Shown piece after piece: positions 1-10,206 of a stretch of DNA of 64,000 bases. The notes beneath the pieces were generated by a model, which was not told where the DNA came from, did no database searches, and worked only from the letters and a program-made list of their open reading frames with translations. A program made the position numbers and the translations under genes. The first letter of the stretch is position 1. Every line of letters starts with the position of its first letter. Source of the stretch: a virus; IMG/VR virus record IMGVR_UViG_3300035703_000033, positions 45,616 to 109,615 of that record. One strand, 5' to 3'.

Positions 1-29
1 ATAGAATAGAAATTTATCCAAGAGTAGTT

Positions 30-854
30 GTGTATAAAAATACGCTACCTAGATGGAAAGAGTATGTAGATCTTTTAAAAAAGTCTGAATCAGAGCCACC
101 AAGATACTACTTCAAGGATTGGGAAGATTGGTATGGTTTTGGAAAAATGATGAATCTATCAATGAATAATCCAAATGTTTCATACAATATTGATTCTGAT
201 GATGAATATGCAAAACTACAGCAAGATTTTTTACAAGATGTAACAGATGCCTATTATAATGTTACAGCAGATTATGTAAAAACATACGGCATCTCTTTAC
301 CAAATTGGGTCAATAATGGTATATCGATTTGCAAATATTGGGAAAGCCCTAAGCAAAATGAAATGGCAATGCACTATCATACAGATTATGTTGGCGCAAA
401 TGCAGATGCCCCAGGTAAAAAATTTGCTATTACTTGTACAATTTATATTAATGACGATTATGATGGCGGAGGACTATCATTTCTAAGGGAGGATACTGGT
501 GATGTTATTGACTATAAGCCAGAGGCTGGAGATATAGTTGTATTCCCATCAGGAGATCCTATTACTGGAGCTTCTCATTATTTCCACGGCGTAGATAGAG
601 TCGATAATGGAGAAAAGTATTTTATAAGATGTTTTTGGTCATATGAGTTTGAAGGTACAAAAGAGTGGCATGAAGGTGTTGAAAAGTATGGAAAAGATAT
701 ATGGGAAGATATGCAGCTTGAAAAAATGAAAGAGGATATAAAGTCTGGTAAATGGCATAGATATCTTGTCATGCCTGGTGAGGAAGACCCAAAGAAAGAA
801 AGGTCTACCCCATTCTTTTTAAGGGATAAAGATGCTTATAAAAAAATTAGATGA
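30..854 (+). CDS. 2OG-Fe(II) oxygenase (prolyl 4-hydroxylase-like)
   Basis: HxD motif (HYHTD), TCTIYINDDYDGGGLSF, KPEAGDIVVFPS, distal His (YFHGV), KYFIR. Confidence 0.85.
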   Translation: MYKNTLPRWKEYVDLLKKSESEPPRYYFKDWEDWYGFGKMMNLSMNNPNVSYNIDSDDEYAKLQQDFLQDVTDAYYNVTADYVKTYGISLPNWVNNGISICKYWESPKQNEMAMHYHTDYVGANADAPGKKFAITCTIYINDDYDGGGLSFLREDTGDVIDYKPEAGDIVVFPSGDPITGASHYFHGVDRVDNGEKYFIRCFWSYEFEGTKEWHEGVEKYGKDIWEDMQLEKMKEDIKSGKWHRYLVMPGEEDPKKERSTPFFLRDKDAYKKIR

Positions 855-1446
855 GAATATTATCTATTATGAAAATGTATTAGATAACCCATATGAATTT
901 ATTGAAAAAATAGAAAGTTTAGATATATCTAATAATAATTCAAGCCATATTAGCAAGTGGGAAAAGTGGAGTGCAAGTAATGCTGATCAGCAGTACGGCA
1001 TTTCTAAAAATGGTAGATTTTCTAATATGCATTACAGCACTGCGGAAGATATAGAAACCTCATTAATTTCGTATAAAATTAAAGCAATATCTGATTTATG
1101 TTTTGCTAACTATAAAGCTAACACTGGAGTGGATATGCTTAAGTTACCAGATTACTTTAGTATTAGGAAGTATGATACTGGAGCAGACATGGGAAAGCAC
1201 GTGGATTCAGAGGATCCAACAGATAAGTCTCACCCAGTAGTTTCTGGAGTTCTTTATTTAAATGATAATTACGAGGGTGGAGAAATTTACTTTCCAGAAC
1301 AAGAAATTAAAATAAAGCCAAAAGCTGGAAGTATGATCATGTTTCCATCCTATAGACCATACTTTCATCACCCATTAGCAATTACTAAAGGAAATAAATA
1401 CATGATTCCATTTTTCTGGTATCCATTAGAAACGGTTTGGGAATAA
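832..1446 (+). CDS. 2OG-Fe(II) oxygenase (prolyl 4-hydroxylase-like)
   Basis: MGKHVD, SGVLYLNDNYEGGEIYF, KPKAGSMIMFPS, YFHHP, GNKY. Confidence 0.88.
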   Translation: MLIKKLDENIIYYENVLDNPYEFIEKIESLDISNNNSSHISKWEKWSASNADQQYGISKNGRFSNMHYSTAEDIETSLISYKIKAISDLCFANYKANTGVDMLKLPDYFSIRKYDTGADMGKHVDSEDPTDKSHPVVSGVLYLNDNYEGGEIYFPEQEIKIKPKAGSMIMFPSYRPYFHHPLAITKGNKYMIPFFWYPLETVWE

Positions 1447-1453
1447 ATGTATA

Positions 1454-2113
1454 ATGAAAGCAAAACAAAATTTTTGGTCAACTCTATATGAAAGGTCACA
1501 AACAAAAATGATGTACTTACCCAATGTTCTTGGAGATAGCTGTGTTTATTTTAGAAATACTATCTCTGAACCACAAAAATTAATAGAATTTATTGAAGAG
1601 TGCGAAAAAGATCAATCAACACATAAGTACCTAACCAGCTGGTCAGAGATGACTGACTCTATTATGTTTAAAAAGTTTTTGCTTGAAGAAAGCGATATAT
1701 CAAAAAGGAATAAACAAAAGCTTCTTTATATATATAATAGCTTTAAGGCTGGGATAGACTATTGTAAAGAACATTATTCTAATTTTGCTAAACAAGAAAC
1801 ATCAGATATAAAGCCTTTATATCTATTTAAGTCTAAGCCACTATCAGAAGGAGAAAGAGATCAGGAGTACTCTTTGCCAGATAGCTCACAATCTATTTCT
1901 GTTTATTTGATGATGAATACAGAAGCTGAAGGTAAGGCATTCTGTTTAAATAAAGAAAAGTCTATATATATCTACCCAGAGCCATGGAGTATTGTTATGG
2001 TTCCAGATAATCTTTCACACTCAGAAGGCATCAATGCTAATAGTGAGTTGTATTATTTAAAGACAAAGTTTGAGCTAGGGGCAGAAAAGCTGCAATGCAG
2101 TAATCTGCTATAA
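1454..2113 (+). CDS. degenerate 2OG-Fe(II) oxygenase-like protein
   Basis: N-terminus parallels neighbours (VYFRNTISEPQKLIEFIE), ISVYLMMN and YPEPWSIVMVP..LSHSEG, but no HxD motif. Confidence 0.5.
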   Translation: MKAKQNFWSTLYERSQTKMMYLPNVLGDSCVYFRNTISEPQKLIEFIEECEKDQSTHKYLTSWSEMTDSIMFKKFLLEESDISKRNKQKLLYIYNSFKAGIDYCKEHYSNFAKQETSDIKPLYLFKSKPLSEGERDQEYSLPDSSQSISVYLMMNTEAEGKAFCLNKEKSIYIYPEPWSIVMVPDNLSHSEGINANSELYYLKTKFELGAEKLQCSNLL

Positions 2114-2120
2114 TTAAATA

Positions 2121-3806
2121 ATGTCATATTTAGCATCAGTACTCAAAGACTACCCAGTGGGATTCTGGCCACTTTCTTCAAGTGCAGAGGATAAGTCTGG
2201 ATGCGGAAATGACGGGGTTGTAAGTGGCACACATCAGTTCGGCAAAAATTCTTTAATACCGTACTCTGGTGAATCAACAAGAATAGCTGGATCATCGTAT
2301 ATATCAATACCGCTAGATAAAGATTATTATTCTTCTTCTGTTTTGCCAGCAATTGCAAATAGCTCAAGTTCAACAAAAGAGTTTACTATAGAGCTATGGT
2401 TTAAGCCAGAGTCTGATTTCTTACAAGAGTCTCCTTTGTTTGCTGACGTACTAAACGGCACTGGAATTTTTTATCAAAACGGTAATATAATATTTAAAAT
2501 AGAAGACGTTTCGTTAGAGTATACATTAAGCAATATAAATAAATCTTTATATATCGCATGTATTTATGGTGTTAATAGTATGTCAATATATGTTGACGGA
2601 GAAATTGTTGCTACAAAAAATACAGACGGTTTTAAATTTGAGGCAGAGGGTGTAGATTTTCAGGTTGGCCCAGTCGTTGGACCGTCGGATTCATTTTTAA
2701 TTAATGGAATTTCTGTTTACAGGTATGCATTAAGCTCAGATCAAATATATGGAAGATTTTCTAACTTATATAATATACCTCCAATACAAATAGCAGATCC
2801 AAATAATGGTTCATTATTTGAGATTAAAAATAAGGCATATGGTAGAAAATTTACATTTAGTTATCCAATCGATAAAGACTGGTCAGAAATAGCAGAAAGC
2901 CCTGTAAGGCGCAATGAAGGTTACGGGTACATAGAACTAAGCCAAACTGATGGCGAGGTCTCTAAAGAGCTTATAGACGTTCTATCAATACCATCTATGG
3001 AAGAGTACAACCACTCAGTAATAGAATGGGAGGGAGACAATGGAGTATCAATCTATATATCTCAAGATAACTCTACTTTCAATGAATGCAAAAATGGTCT
3101 TCCTCTTCCAATATCTGATTTTACAAAAAGTGTTATTTATTTAAAGATAAAATTTACTTCAAGTAATGCTCAGCGCTTTAATCCAAGATTACATAAATTA
3201 AATATATCTTTCTTTAAAGATGTAAGAATTTATTCAGAAAATAGCGCCAGCTATATTGCAAAGTCAACGGGCGGAAGCCATGATTTTGGTTTCACGTGGA
3301 ACAATAAGCCAATACTCTCACAGTCTAAATATAACGGTCTACGGGCAGAGGCTAAATTCAGTTTATACACAGACAGAGATGTCCATACCCTAGAAACCTT
3401 TTATACACCAGATTCTCTTGAGGCAGGATCATTATTTGATCAGCTTTCATGGAATGGGGCGGGAACACTAAGTAATCCCAATATCCTAGCCCTATATATC
3501 AACGGAGAAGACAAGACATCAGAAACATCAGTCTCTGGCTTATTTGAGGTAGGACAATTACACCATGTTGTAGTAGTCCTATCAGACTCAATTACTGAAG
3601 AAATAGTATTTAATGATGGATCAAATGAGGCCCTATATCAGTATATAACCATATATGAGAGCCAAATGGATGCAGTTACTGCACAGGCTCATTATGAGAT
3701 GTATGTGGATAGTGTCTCTACTATTGCCGTCGGCGGGTCACTGTCAATGACAGAAAATTCAATAAACTACTATGATAATGATTGGGTAGTGATACAAAAT
3801 ATTTAA
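2121..3806 (+). CDS. LamG/concanavalin A-like domain protein, probably virion-associated
   Basis: PVGFWPL..DKSGCGNDG, FTIELWFKP, SIYVDGE, ISVYRYALSSDQI; second LamG-like half (LYINGE..HHVVVV). Confidence 0.7.
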   Translation: MSYLASVLKDYPVGFWPLSSSAEDKSGCGNDGVVSGTHQFGKNSLIPYSGESTRIAGSSYISIPLDKDYYSSSVLPAIANSSSSTKEFTIELWFKPESDFLQESPLFADVLNGTGIFYQNGNIIFKIEDVSLEYTLSNINKSLYIACIYGVNSMSIYVDGEIVATKNTDGFKFEAEGVDFQVGPVVGPSDSFLINGISVYRYALSSDQIYGRFSNLYNIPPIQIADPNNGSLFEIKNKAYGRKFTFSYPIDKDWSEIAESPVRRNEGYGYIELSQTDGEVSKELIDVLSIPSMEEYNHSVIEWEGDNGVSIYISQDNSTFNECKNGLPLPISDFTKSVIYLKIKFTSSNAQRFNPRLHKLNISFFKDVRIYSENSASYIAKSTGGSHDFGFTWNNKPILSQSKYNGLRAEAKFSLYTDRDVHTLETFYTPDSLEAGSLFDQLSWNGAGTLSNPNILALYINGEDKTSETSVSGLFEVGQLHHVVVVLSDSITEEIVFNDGSNEALYQYITIYESQMDAVTAQAHYEMYVDSVSTIAVGGSLSMTENSINYYDNDWVVIQNI

Positions 3807-3850
3807 TTTTGTCATATAGCATGACAAGATATGGACTTTGGCACTATAAA

Positions 3851-3860
3851 GTGGTAGAAT
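3851..3860 (+). promoter_or_regulatory. putative extended -10 promoter (TGGTAGAAT) of head operon
   Basis: TGnTAnAAT 9 nt before ATG 3870; inverted repeat TTGTCAT-N5-ATGACAA at 3809-3827 upstream. Confidence 0.45.
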
Positions 3861-3869
3861 AGTCAACAT

Positions 3870-4211
3870 ATGGATATCAAAAGAACTGGATTTAAAGTTA
3901 ATGACCACGAGTCAACGCTTGGCATATACGTTTGGAAAATGCCAGATGGAAGATGGATTGGCGACGACGATGGAAATTTTCTTTCTATAACCTCAAAAGA
4001 AGGTAATAGAGAAAGAATGAACTTGCTTGCTGACGCAGTTAGATCATACGGTATTTATGAAGGACAACCTCACTTTTTATCTGGTCGTAGAAAGATTGAT
4101 GACGAAGAATTTGAGTATCAACAGCAGAGATTGAAATGGGGTCTAACTCCAGATCCTCTTGATATTGGTGTATACAAGGATAGTCTTAAGGAGTTAAACG
4201 GTGGCAAATAA
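3870..4211 (+). CDS. hypothetical protein upstream of portal
   Basis: 113-aa ORF overlapping portal start. Confidence 0.75.
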   Translation: MDIKRTGFKVNDHESTLGIYVWKMPDGRWIGDDDGNFLSITSKEGNRERMNLLADAVRSYGIYEGQPHFLSGRRKIDDEEFEYQQQRLKWGLTPDPLDIGVYKDSLKELNGGK

Positions 4212-5796
4212 TATGATGGAATTTGAAGATGAAAACAACTCTGTCGAAGAGATTGAGATTTCAAATACAGCAGACTGGATGAAGTTCTCTTCTCCAGTTG
4301 TGCAAACAAGCAATGATCCATTTAAGATTGAAAATGAAGAAATTTTAAAGGTATCAGGAATGTCTCCTACTTTCAGAAGAAAAGTAAGTAGAGATTTGCA
4401 AAAACGTTTTACTGGAATTGATGGAGCACAGACACAGCAAAATCTTTTACAGCAGGCAGTCACTGGCTATGCAATGTTTGATTTGGTTGAGCCACCATAT
4501 AACCTTGAATACCTATCTTCTATTTATGAAATATCTCCATATAACTACGCAGCTATTAATGCGAAGGTGGCAAATATTGTAGGATTAGGTTTTGATTTTA
4601 TTGAAACAAGAAAAACAAATGATGCTCTTGATGAAATTGCAGATGAGAAGCAATTAGAAAGAGCACGACGAAAGCTAAGCAGAATTAGACAAGATCTACA
4701 TGAGTGGCTTGAAGATTGCAATGATGAAGAAACATTTAAAGAAACATTAATTAAGTTTTATACCGACGTTGAGTCTACAGGAAATGGATATCTTGAAATC
4801 GGAAGAACTACATCTGGAAAGATTGGATATATTGGACATATCCCATCCAAGACAATGCGTGTAAGAAGATTACGTGATGGTTTTATTCAGTTGCTTTATG
4901 GCAAGGCTGTGTACTTTAGAAACTTTGGCGATCAGGAAACACCAAATCCTATAGCTGGTGGACTTGATAGACCAAATGAAATTATTCATTTGAAGAAGTA
5001 TACCCCTAAGAATAACTACTATGGAATTCCAGATATTATTGCTGCTCAAAATGCAATGGCTGGAAATGAGTTTGCAGGAAAGTACAACCTAGATTATTTT
5101 GAAAATAAGGCAGTTCCAAGATATATTATTACTGTTAAGGGTGCAAAGCTTTCATCAGAGTCAGAGCGTAAGTTGCTTGAATTTTTCCAAGTAGGATTGA
5201 AGGGTAAAAACCACAGATCTCTGTACATACCTCTTCCAGCAGATTCTCCAGACTCAAAGGTTGAATTTAAAATGGACCCAATTGAGGCGGGGTCTCAAGA
5301 GTCATCATTTAATATTTATCGTACATCAAATAGAGATGAAATATTAATGGCTCATAGAACTCCTATTAATAAGATAGGAACACCAGCTGGTGTTAATTTG
5401 GCAGCAGCTAGAGATGCCGATAAAACATTTAAAGAGCAGGTTTGCAGACCAGCTCAAGAAAATTTAGAAAAGAAATTAAATAAAATTATTGAAGAAATGA
5501 CTGATGCCTTGAAATTAAAATTCAATGAATTAACCTTGACAGATGAGGATACTCAGTCAAAAATTGATGAAAGATATTTAAGATTCCAGGTAATGACACC
5601 TAATGAAATTAGATTAAGAATGGGTCTTGTGCCAAGAGAAGGCGGAGATAAACCAGTAGATTTAGCAGCCCAGGCTGCTGAGGTTAAAGCTCAGGCACTT
5701 CAGACCAGAACTAGAGACCAGGAAAGATCCTCTAACTCCCCAGATATTTCGGGGGATGGTAGAAATGCAAAGGGAGATGGAAGACAAGTTGAGTAG
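4201..5796 (+). CDS. portal protein
   Basis: 531 aa; GNGYLEIGR, NEIIHLKKYTPKNNYYGIP, YFENKAVP, VMTPNEIRLRMGL portal motifs; position before protease and capsid. Confidence 0.92.
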   Translation: MANNMMEFEDENNSVEEIEISNTADWMKFSSPVVQTSNDPFKIENEEILKVSGMSPTFRRKVSRDLQKRFTGIDGAQTQQNLLQQAVTGYAMFDLVEPPYNLEYLSSIYEISPYNYAAINAKVANIVGLGFDFIETRKTNDALDEIADEKQLERARRKLSRIRQDLHEWLEDCNDEETFKETLIKFYTDVESTGNGYLEIGRTTSGKIGYIGHIPSKTMRVRRLRDGFIQLLYGKAVYFRNFGDQETPNPIAGGLDRPNEIIHLKKYTPKNNYYGIPDIIAAQNAMAGNEFAGKYNLDYFENKAVPRYIITVKGAKLSSESERKLLEFFQVGLKGKNHRSLYIPLPADSPDSKVEFKMDPIEAGSQESSFNIYRTSNRDEILMAHRTPINKIGTPAGVNLAAARDADKTFKEQVCRPAQENLEKKLNKIIEEMTDALKLKFNELTLTDEDTQSKIDERYLRFQVMTPNEIRLRMGLVPREGGDKPVDLAAQAAEVKAQALQTRTRDQERSSNSPDISGDGRNAKGDGRQVE

Positions 5797-5849
5797 TCCT
5801 GCTCAACCATTATTTGCCTTTTTATATATAGCATATTAAAATTAACTAT

Positions 5850-7208
5850 ATGAATATCGAAAAATCCTATTGGTCTTCTAATGGCGATGCCATTAATTTA
5901 TCAGTTCCTTTCACTAAAGTCAACCGTGAAAGACGAACTGTATCTGGCTTTGCAACGCTAGATAACATAGATCAAACTGGTGATTTGGTTACAGCAGAAG
6001 CAAGCCTAGAAGCATTTGAAAAGTTCCGTGGAAACATTCGTGAGATGCATGGATCAAATGCAGTTGGCAAAATGTTATCCTTTAGACCAGAAACATTTTA
6101 TAATCCAGAAACACAAGAGATGCACACTGGTGTATATGTAGATGCATATGTTTCAAAGGGCGCACAAGATACCTGGGAGAAAGTTCTAGATGGAACTCTT
6201 TCAGGTTTTTCTATTGGCGGAAAGATTATTGAATCAGATAATGAAGTAAATAAGTCTACAGGAAAGTCTGTGCGATTTATTAAGAAGTATGCTTTACTTG
6301 AGTTGTCCCTTGTCGACTCACCAGCAAATGAATTATGTAATGTTCTTTCTATCTCAAAGTCAAACGGACAAATGGTATATAAAGGAATTGCAGTAGAAAC
6401 AGAAACAGAAAATATTTTTTATTGTGAAGAAAGCGATTCAGTTTTTCTATCGCCAGAAGAAACATATGTCTCACCAGTAAGTGGAAAGAATGCAACACTA
6501 ATTGGATGGGTAGAAAAGAATGATAGCAATAAGGCTAAAGAAATAAATAAGATTCTTGATTCGTTTAAGAATTCAAGATTACCGTTGCCTGATACACATA
6601 TCGCAAAACAGGCAATTGGAGAAGGAGGTAATGAAGTGGAAAACGTAGAGAATACAGAAATTGTAGAAAAGCTACGGGCACCAGAAGCTCCAGCAGTGGA
6701 GCCAGCAGCAGAAGTTGTTGCTGAGCCAGTTGTTGAAGCGACTCCAGATTCTCCTGCATCTGATGAAGATGCCGCAGAAGAAGAAGTAGCTACAGAAGAC
6801 ACTTCTGCCGAAACTCTCGAAAAGGCAGCCGACGTATCAGAAGTTGAGGTTGATGAACCTGATTTTGCAAAGATGCTCGGTGATCTTAAGGGATTCTTTG
6901 CGGAAACCCTTAATAAGGCGTCGGAAAACAATGCTGCACAGGTTACAGAGATTAAGTCTACTGTTGAATCTTTCAGCAAGAGTGTCGACACAAGAATTTC
7001 GGAGTTAGCAGAACAACATACTGCTTTATCAAAAGCAGTTGAAGAAATAAAGAACACAATCTCTACAGTAGAGAAGCGTGTTGACGCAGTAGAATCAGAT
7101 ACTGCAATTAAGAAGTCCTCAGACCTCGGCGGGTCTCAGGAGATTACAATCAAAAAGTCAAGATGGAACGGTTCTTTCCTCGGTTCTGTCAATGAACTAT
7201 TTAACTAA
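5850..7208 (+). CDS. prohead maturation protease fused to scaffold domain
   Basis: RTVSGFATLDNIDQTGD, IREMH, GTLSGFSIGG, ELSLVDSPAN; acidic and coiled-coil C-terminus. Confidence 0.88.
   Translation: MNIEKSYWSSNGDAINLSVPFTKVNRERRTVSGFATLDNIDQTGDLVTAEASLEAFEKFRGNIREMHGSNAVGKMLSFRPETFYNPETQEMHTGVYVDAYVSKGAQDTWEKVLDGTLSGFSIGGKIIESDNEVNKSTGKSVRFIKKYALLELSLVDSPANELCNVLSISKSNGQMVYKGIAVETETENIFYCEESDSVFLSPEETYVSPVSGKNATLIGWVEKNDSNKAKEINKILDSFKNSRLPLPDTHIAKQAIGEGGNEVENVENTEIVEKLRAPEAPAVEPAAEVVAEPVVEATPDSPASDEDAAEEEVATEDTSAETLEKAADVSEVEVDEPDFAKMLGDLKGFFAETLNKASENNAAQVTEIKSTVESFSKSVDTRISELAEQHTALSKAVEEIKNTISTVEKRVDAVESDTAIKKSSDLGGSQEITIKKSRWNGSFLGSVNELFN
6636..7208 (+). CDS. putative nested scaffold protein (internal in-frame start)
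   Basis: AAGGAGGT at 6622-6629, 6 nt before in-frame GTG 6636, at the protease/acidic-domain boundary. Confidence 0.6.
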   Translation: MENVENTEIVEKLRAPEAPAVEPAAEVVAEPVVEATPDSPASDEDAAEEEVATEDTSAETLEKAADVSEVEVDEPDFAKMLGDLKGFFAETLNKASENNAAQVTEIKSTVESFSKSVDTRISELAEQHTALSKAVEEIKNTISTVEKRVDAVESDTAIKKSSDLGGSQEITIKKSRWNGSFLGSVNELFN

Positions 7209-7226
7209 AGGTAGGTGAAAAAAATA

Positions 7227-8282
7227 ATGAGCAATGAACTATTAGAAAAAGCAGTTGCAGCTGATACTACCGTAACAGGTACTATGGAAGGCGCTCTCTC
7301 AGGTTCTGGCATCCACGTTGGTGCTACATCTAAGGGTGGTCTTTTGAATCCAGAGCAGTCTGCTCGTTTTCTCGATTACATGTTCGATGCAACAGTAATC
7401 GGTAAGGTGGCTCGTACAGTTCGAATGAGAGCTGACACCACCGAGATAGATCGTATTGGTGTTGGTGAAAAGCTAATGAAGCTTGCTACTGAAGCAGATA
7501 ATACTGCATCAAATTCAGCAGTTACTTTCTCCAAGATCTCTCTCACAACAAAGAAGCTTCGCCTAGATTGGGAACTTTCGACTGAATCTCTTGAAGACAA
7601 TATCGAAGGTGCTGATCTCGAAGATCATATTGCCAGAATGATGGCAACACAGGCAGGTAACGACATTGAGGATGTTCTCCTTAATGGTGATACCTCTCTA
7701 ACAGGAGATGCACTTTATAAGTCTTTCGATGGTGCTGTTAAGCTTTCAAAGGCTAACGGTCACGTCGTTGACGCAGAGGGTGCTGCAATTTCACGTGCTG
7801 TATTCAACAGCGCATTGAAGGCACTTCCACGTAAGTACAAGCAGCGTCGTGCAGACCTTAGATTCCTTTCAGGTTCAAACTTGATCCAGGATTATCTATA
7901 CTCTGCATCACTACTTGGAGATTACGGCTCAAACAACCCACAGGATATCGCTTCAAGCGTAATCCGTGGAGCTGGCGTACAGCCACTAGGTGGCCCAGCA
8001 GGATATGTCGCACCATTTGCGTTCGGCATTCCAGTAGTTGAAGTTCCACTTCTTCCAGAAGCACAGGACGGAGACTACTCTGGCGCAACAGGAAACCACG
8101 GTGATATTCACTTGACATTCCCAAATAACGTTGTTATTGGTATCAAGCGTGATGTTACTGTATATCGTTTCTTCTGGCCACGTAAGGACTCTATCGAGTA
8201 CACAATGTATACTCGTGTAGGTGTTCAAATCGAGCAGGCAGACGCTTGGGTCGTTGTTAAGAACGTAAAGGTTGCTTCCTAA
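7227..8282 (+). CDS. major capsid protein (HK97 fold)
   Basis: GGLLNPEQSARFLDYM, ELSTESLEDNIEG, HLTFPNN; follows scaffold; terminator downstream; start chosen from AGGTAGGTG RBS. Confidence 0.92.
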   Translation: MSNELLEKAVAADTTVTGTMEGALSGSGIHVGATSKGGLLNPEQSARFLDYMFDATVIGKVARTVRMRADTTEIDRIGVGEKLMKLATEADNTASNSAVTFSKISLTTKKLRLDWELSTESLEDNIEGADLEDHIARMMATQAGNDIEDVLLNGDTSLTGDALYKSFDGAVKLSKANGHVVDAEGAAISRAVFNSALKALPRKYKQRRADLRFLSGSNLIQDYLYSASLLGDYGSNNPQDIASSVIRGAGVQPLGGPAGYVAPFAFGIPVVEVPLLPEAQDGDYSGATGNHGDIHLTFPNNVVIGIKRDVTVYRFFWPRKDSIEYTMYTRVGVQIEQADAWVVVKNVKVAS

Positions 8283-8302
8283 TTTTTAGGAATTAAACTG
8301 CC

Positions 8303-8339
8303 GAAAAGCCCCTAATTAAATTTAGGGGCTTTTCCTTTT
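8303..8339 (+). terminator. intrinsic terminator after major capsid gene
   Basis: GAAAAGCCCCTAA-N6-TTAGGGGCTTTTC followed by CTTTT. Confidence 0.85.
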
Positions 8340-8383
8340 AATTGACTAATGCTATAATTTATTTAAGTAGAATAGGAGATTTT

Positions 8384-8785
8384 ATGTCATTTGAGACATT
8401 AAAAGTATCTGAGTTAAAGAAGGTAGCCGAAGAATTCGGTGTAGATACAGAAGGACTAAAAAATAAGTCTGATATTGTGGCCGCATTGGCTGAAGAGGGA
8501 ATTACCTGGAATCTATATCAGGATACAATAAAGAAAATTGAGGAAGAATCAGTGCCAGTAGAACAAGAAGTTTTACCAAAGTTTGATGCAACTAAAGAGA
8601 TTGCTGAAGATCAAGTATTGGTTAGAATGACACGAGCTAATTTTAGATACGATATAATGGGTAAGACATTTACAAAAGAGCACCCATTTGTTGCTATGAC
8701 AAAAGATGATGCTCAGAAAATTTTTGATAAGGAGGAGGGCTTTAGACTAGCAACTCCAGCGGAAGTTAGAGAGTTCTATAACTAA
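8384..8785 (+). CDS. hypothetical head-associated protein (N-terminal HeH/Rho-N-like motif)
   Basis: LKVSELKKVAEEFGVDTEGLKNKSDIVAAL; AGGAG RBS supports ATG 8384. Confidence 0.65.
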   Translation: MSFETLKVSELKKVAEEFGVDTEGLKNKSDIVAALAEEGITWNLYQDTIKKIEEESVPVEQEVLPKFDATKEIAEDQVLVRMTRANFRYDIMGKTFTKEHPFVAMTKDDAQKIFDKEEGFRLATPAEVREFYN

Positions 8786-8794
8786 GCCTATAAA

Positions 8795-9778
8795 ATGGCA
8801 GAGGTATTAAAAAATACAAACGCTCCAGTTTACCATCAGGTATTCTGGAAAGGCGGTGTACAGGATGCAGATGATCTACCAGTAGTTAAGGTATATGATA
8901 TTTCTGAAGATCCATTTACCGACTCTCCTTCTGAATCATACTATCTTTTAGATATAACTGCTGAAAAGGATGAAACAAACATAGGGCTGTATGCAGTTTA
9001 TATACCAGTGCTATACACATCAAGTAATGCTACTCTTAGATTAATGTGGCAGTATGAAGTTGAGTCACAAGAAATGGAATACAGCCATGATTTATTTGTG
9101 GTTACTCCGTATGCAGATTTATATCAAGCATCCAATATGCTTGGCATAAATACAGATCCATCAGACCCAAACTATAGGTCATATAAAGAACTAGCAGCGG
9201 CTGAAAGATATGCAAGAAAAAGAATTGAAAACGCTACTGGGCAAAAATTTTATCTATATAATGATGTTGCCAGAGTAATTGGCTATGGTTCAGATATTTT
9301 ACCATTACCAGAAAAAATATTTAGGTTAAGAAAATTATATATGAACGATATTCTAATGGTTGATAATGTTACATATCCAAATGTAAATAATTTTGGGTTC
9401 GATGTAGAAATTTCAGAGACTGGTTTTGGCTTAAGGATAAATAAATCCAGCTTACTTGATAACACGGTATATGTAGCAAATGGTATGGTTCCACCAACAA
9501 TACATGACTCAAGTGGTGTGTTTAAGAATAATGTTGAGTACGAGATACAGGCTACATTTGGATGGAAGAAGGTTCCAGACGAAATAGAATTAGCTGCTAT
9601 AGAGTTAATGAAAGACTTTTTCTCTAAAGACACTGTTTGGAAAAATCAATATATTAAAAATATACAGACATTTGACTGGCAGTTTGAGTATAACTCTGAT
9701 GTATTGAGTGGAACTGGAAATGCATATGCAGATAAGTTAATTTCTGGATATGTAATGGACAAGGTTGAAATAATATAA
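8795..9778 (+). CDS. head-to-tail adaptor
   Basis: AERYARKRIENATGQKF, FGWKKVPDEIELAAIELM; position after capsid. Confidence 0.7.
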   Translation: MAEVLKNTNAPVYHQVFWKGGVQDADDLPVVKVYDISEDPFTDSPSESYYLLDITAEKDETNIGLYAVYIPVLYTSSNATLRLMWQYEVESQEMEYSHDLFVVTPYADLYQASNMLGINTDPSDPNYRSYKELAAAERYARKRIENATGQKFYLYNDVARVIGYGSDILPLPEKIFRLRKLYMNDILMVDNVTYPNVNNFGFDVEISETGFGLRINKSSLLDNTVYVANGMVPPTIHDSSGVFKNNVEYEIQATFGWKKVPDEIELAAIELMKDFFSKDTVWKNQYIKNIQTFDWQFEYNSDVLSGTGNAYADKLISGYVMDKVEII

Positions 9779-10206
9779 TGTCATCCGTAATAGATGCCGT
9801 TTTATCCATGAGAATGGATGTATATAAACAAGTTGATTTGCAAGATCCAAATACTGGAGCATTAAAAAAAGAGTGGATGTTTGACAGAACAGTAGATTGT
9901 CACGCAAAAGGGGTTATAAGTAATTCCGCTACCTCAAGATCTAGCGATAAGCAAACCTTTGATAATAGATATTCTAATGATCAGGTTATACAGGTCAGAA
10001 CATCTGGTAGGATTACAGCAAGAGAAAAGATAACAAATATACAAAATAGAGAAGGTGTTTGTATATGGACAGAAATAAATTTTCCTAGCGACACTCCAAC
10101 AGTTTTTGAAGTAGTAGGAACAACTCCTATTACAGACCCCTTTGGCAGAGTTGTAGGATATAACTCTACAATGAAGAGGTCGGAGAATCAGCAAATTGGC
10201 ATCTAA
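9778..10206 (+). CDS. head-to-tail stopper/closure protein
   Basis: 142 aa, beta-rich, position in neck module. Confidence 0.6.
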   Translation: MSSVIDAVLSMRMDVYKQVDLQDPNTGALKKEWMFDRTVDCHAKGVISNSATSRSSDKQTFDNRYSNDQVIQVRTSGRITAREKITNIQNREGVCIWTEINFPSDTPTVFEVVGTTPITDPFGRVVGYNSTMKRSENQQIGI

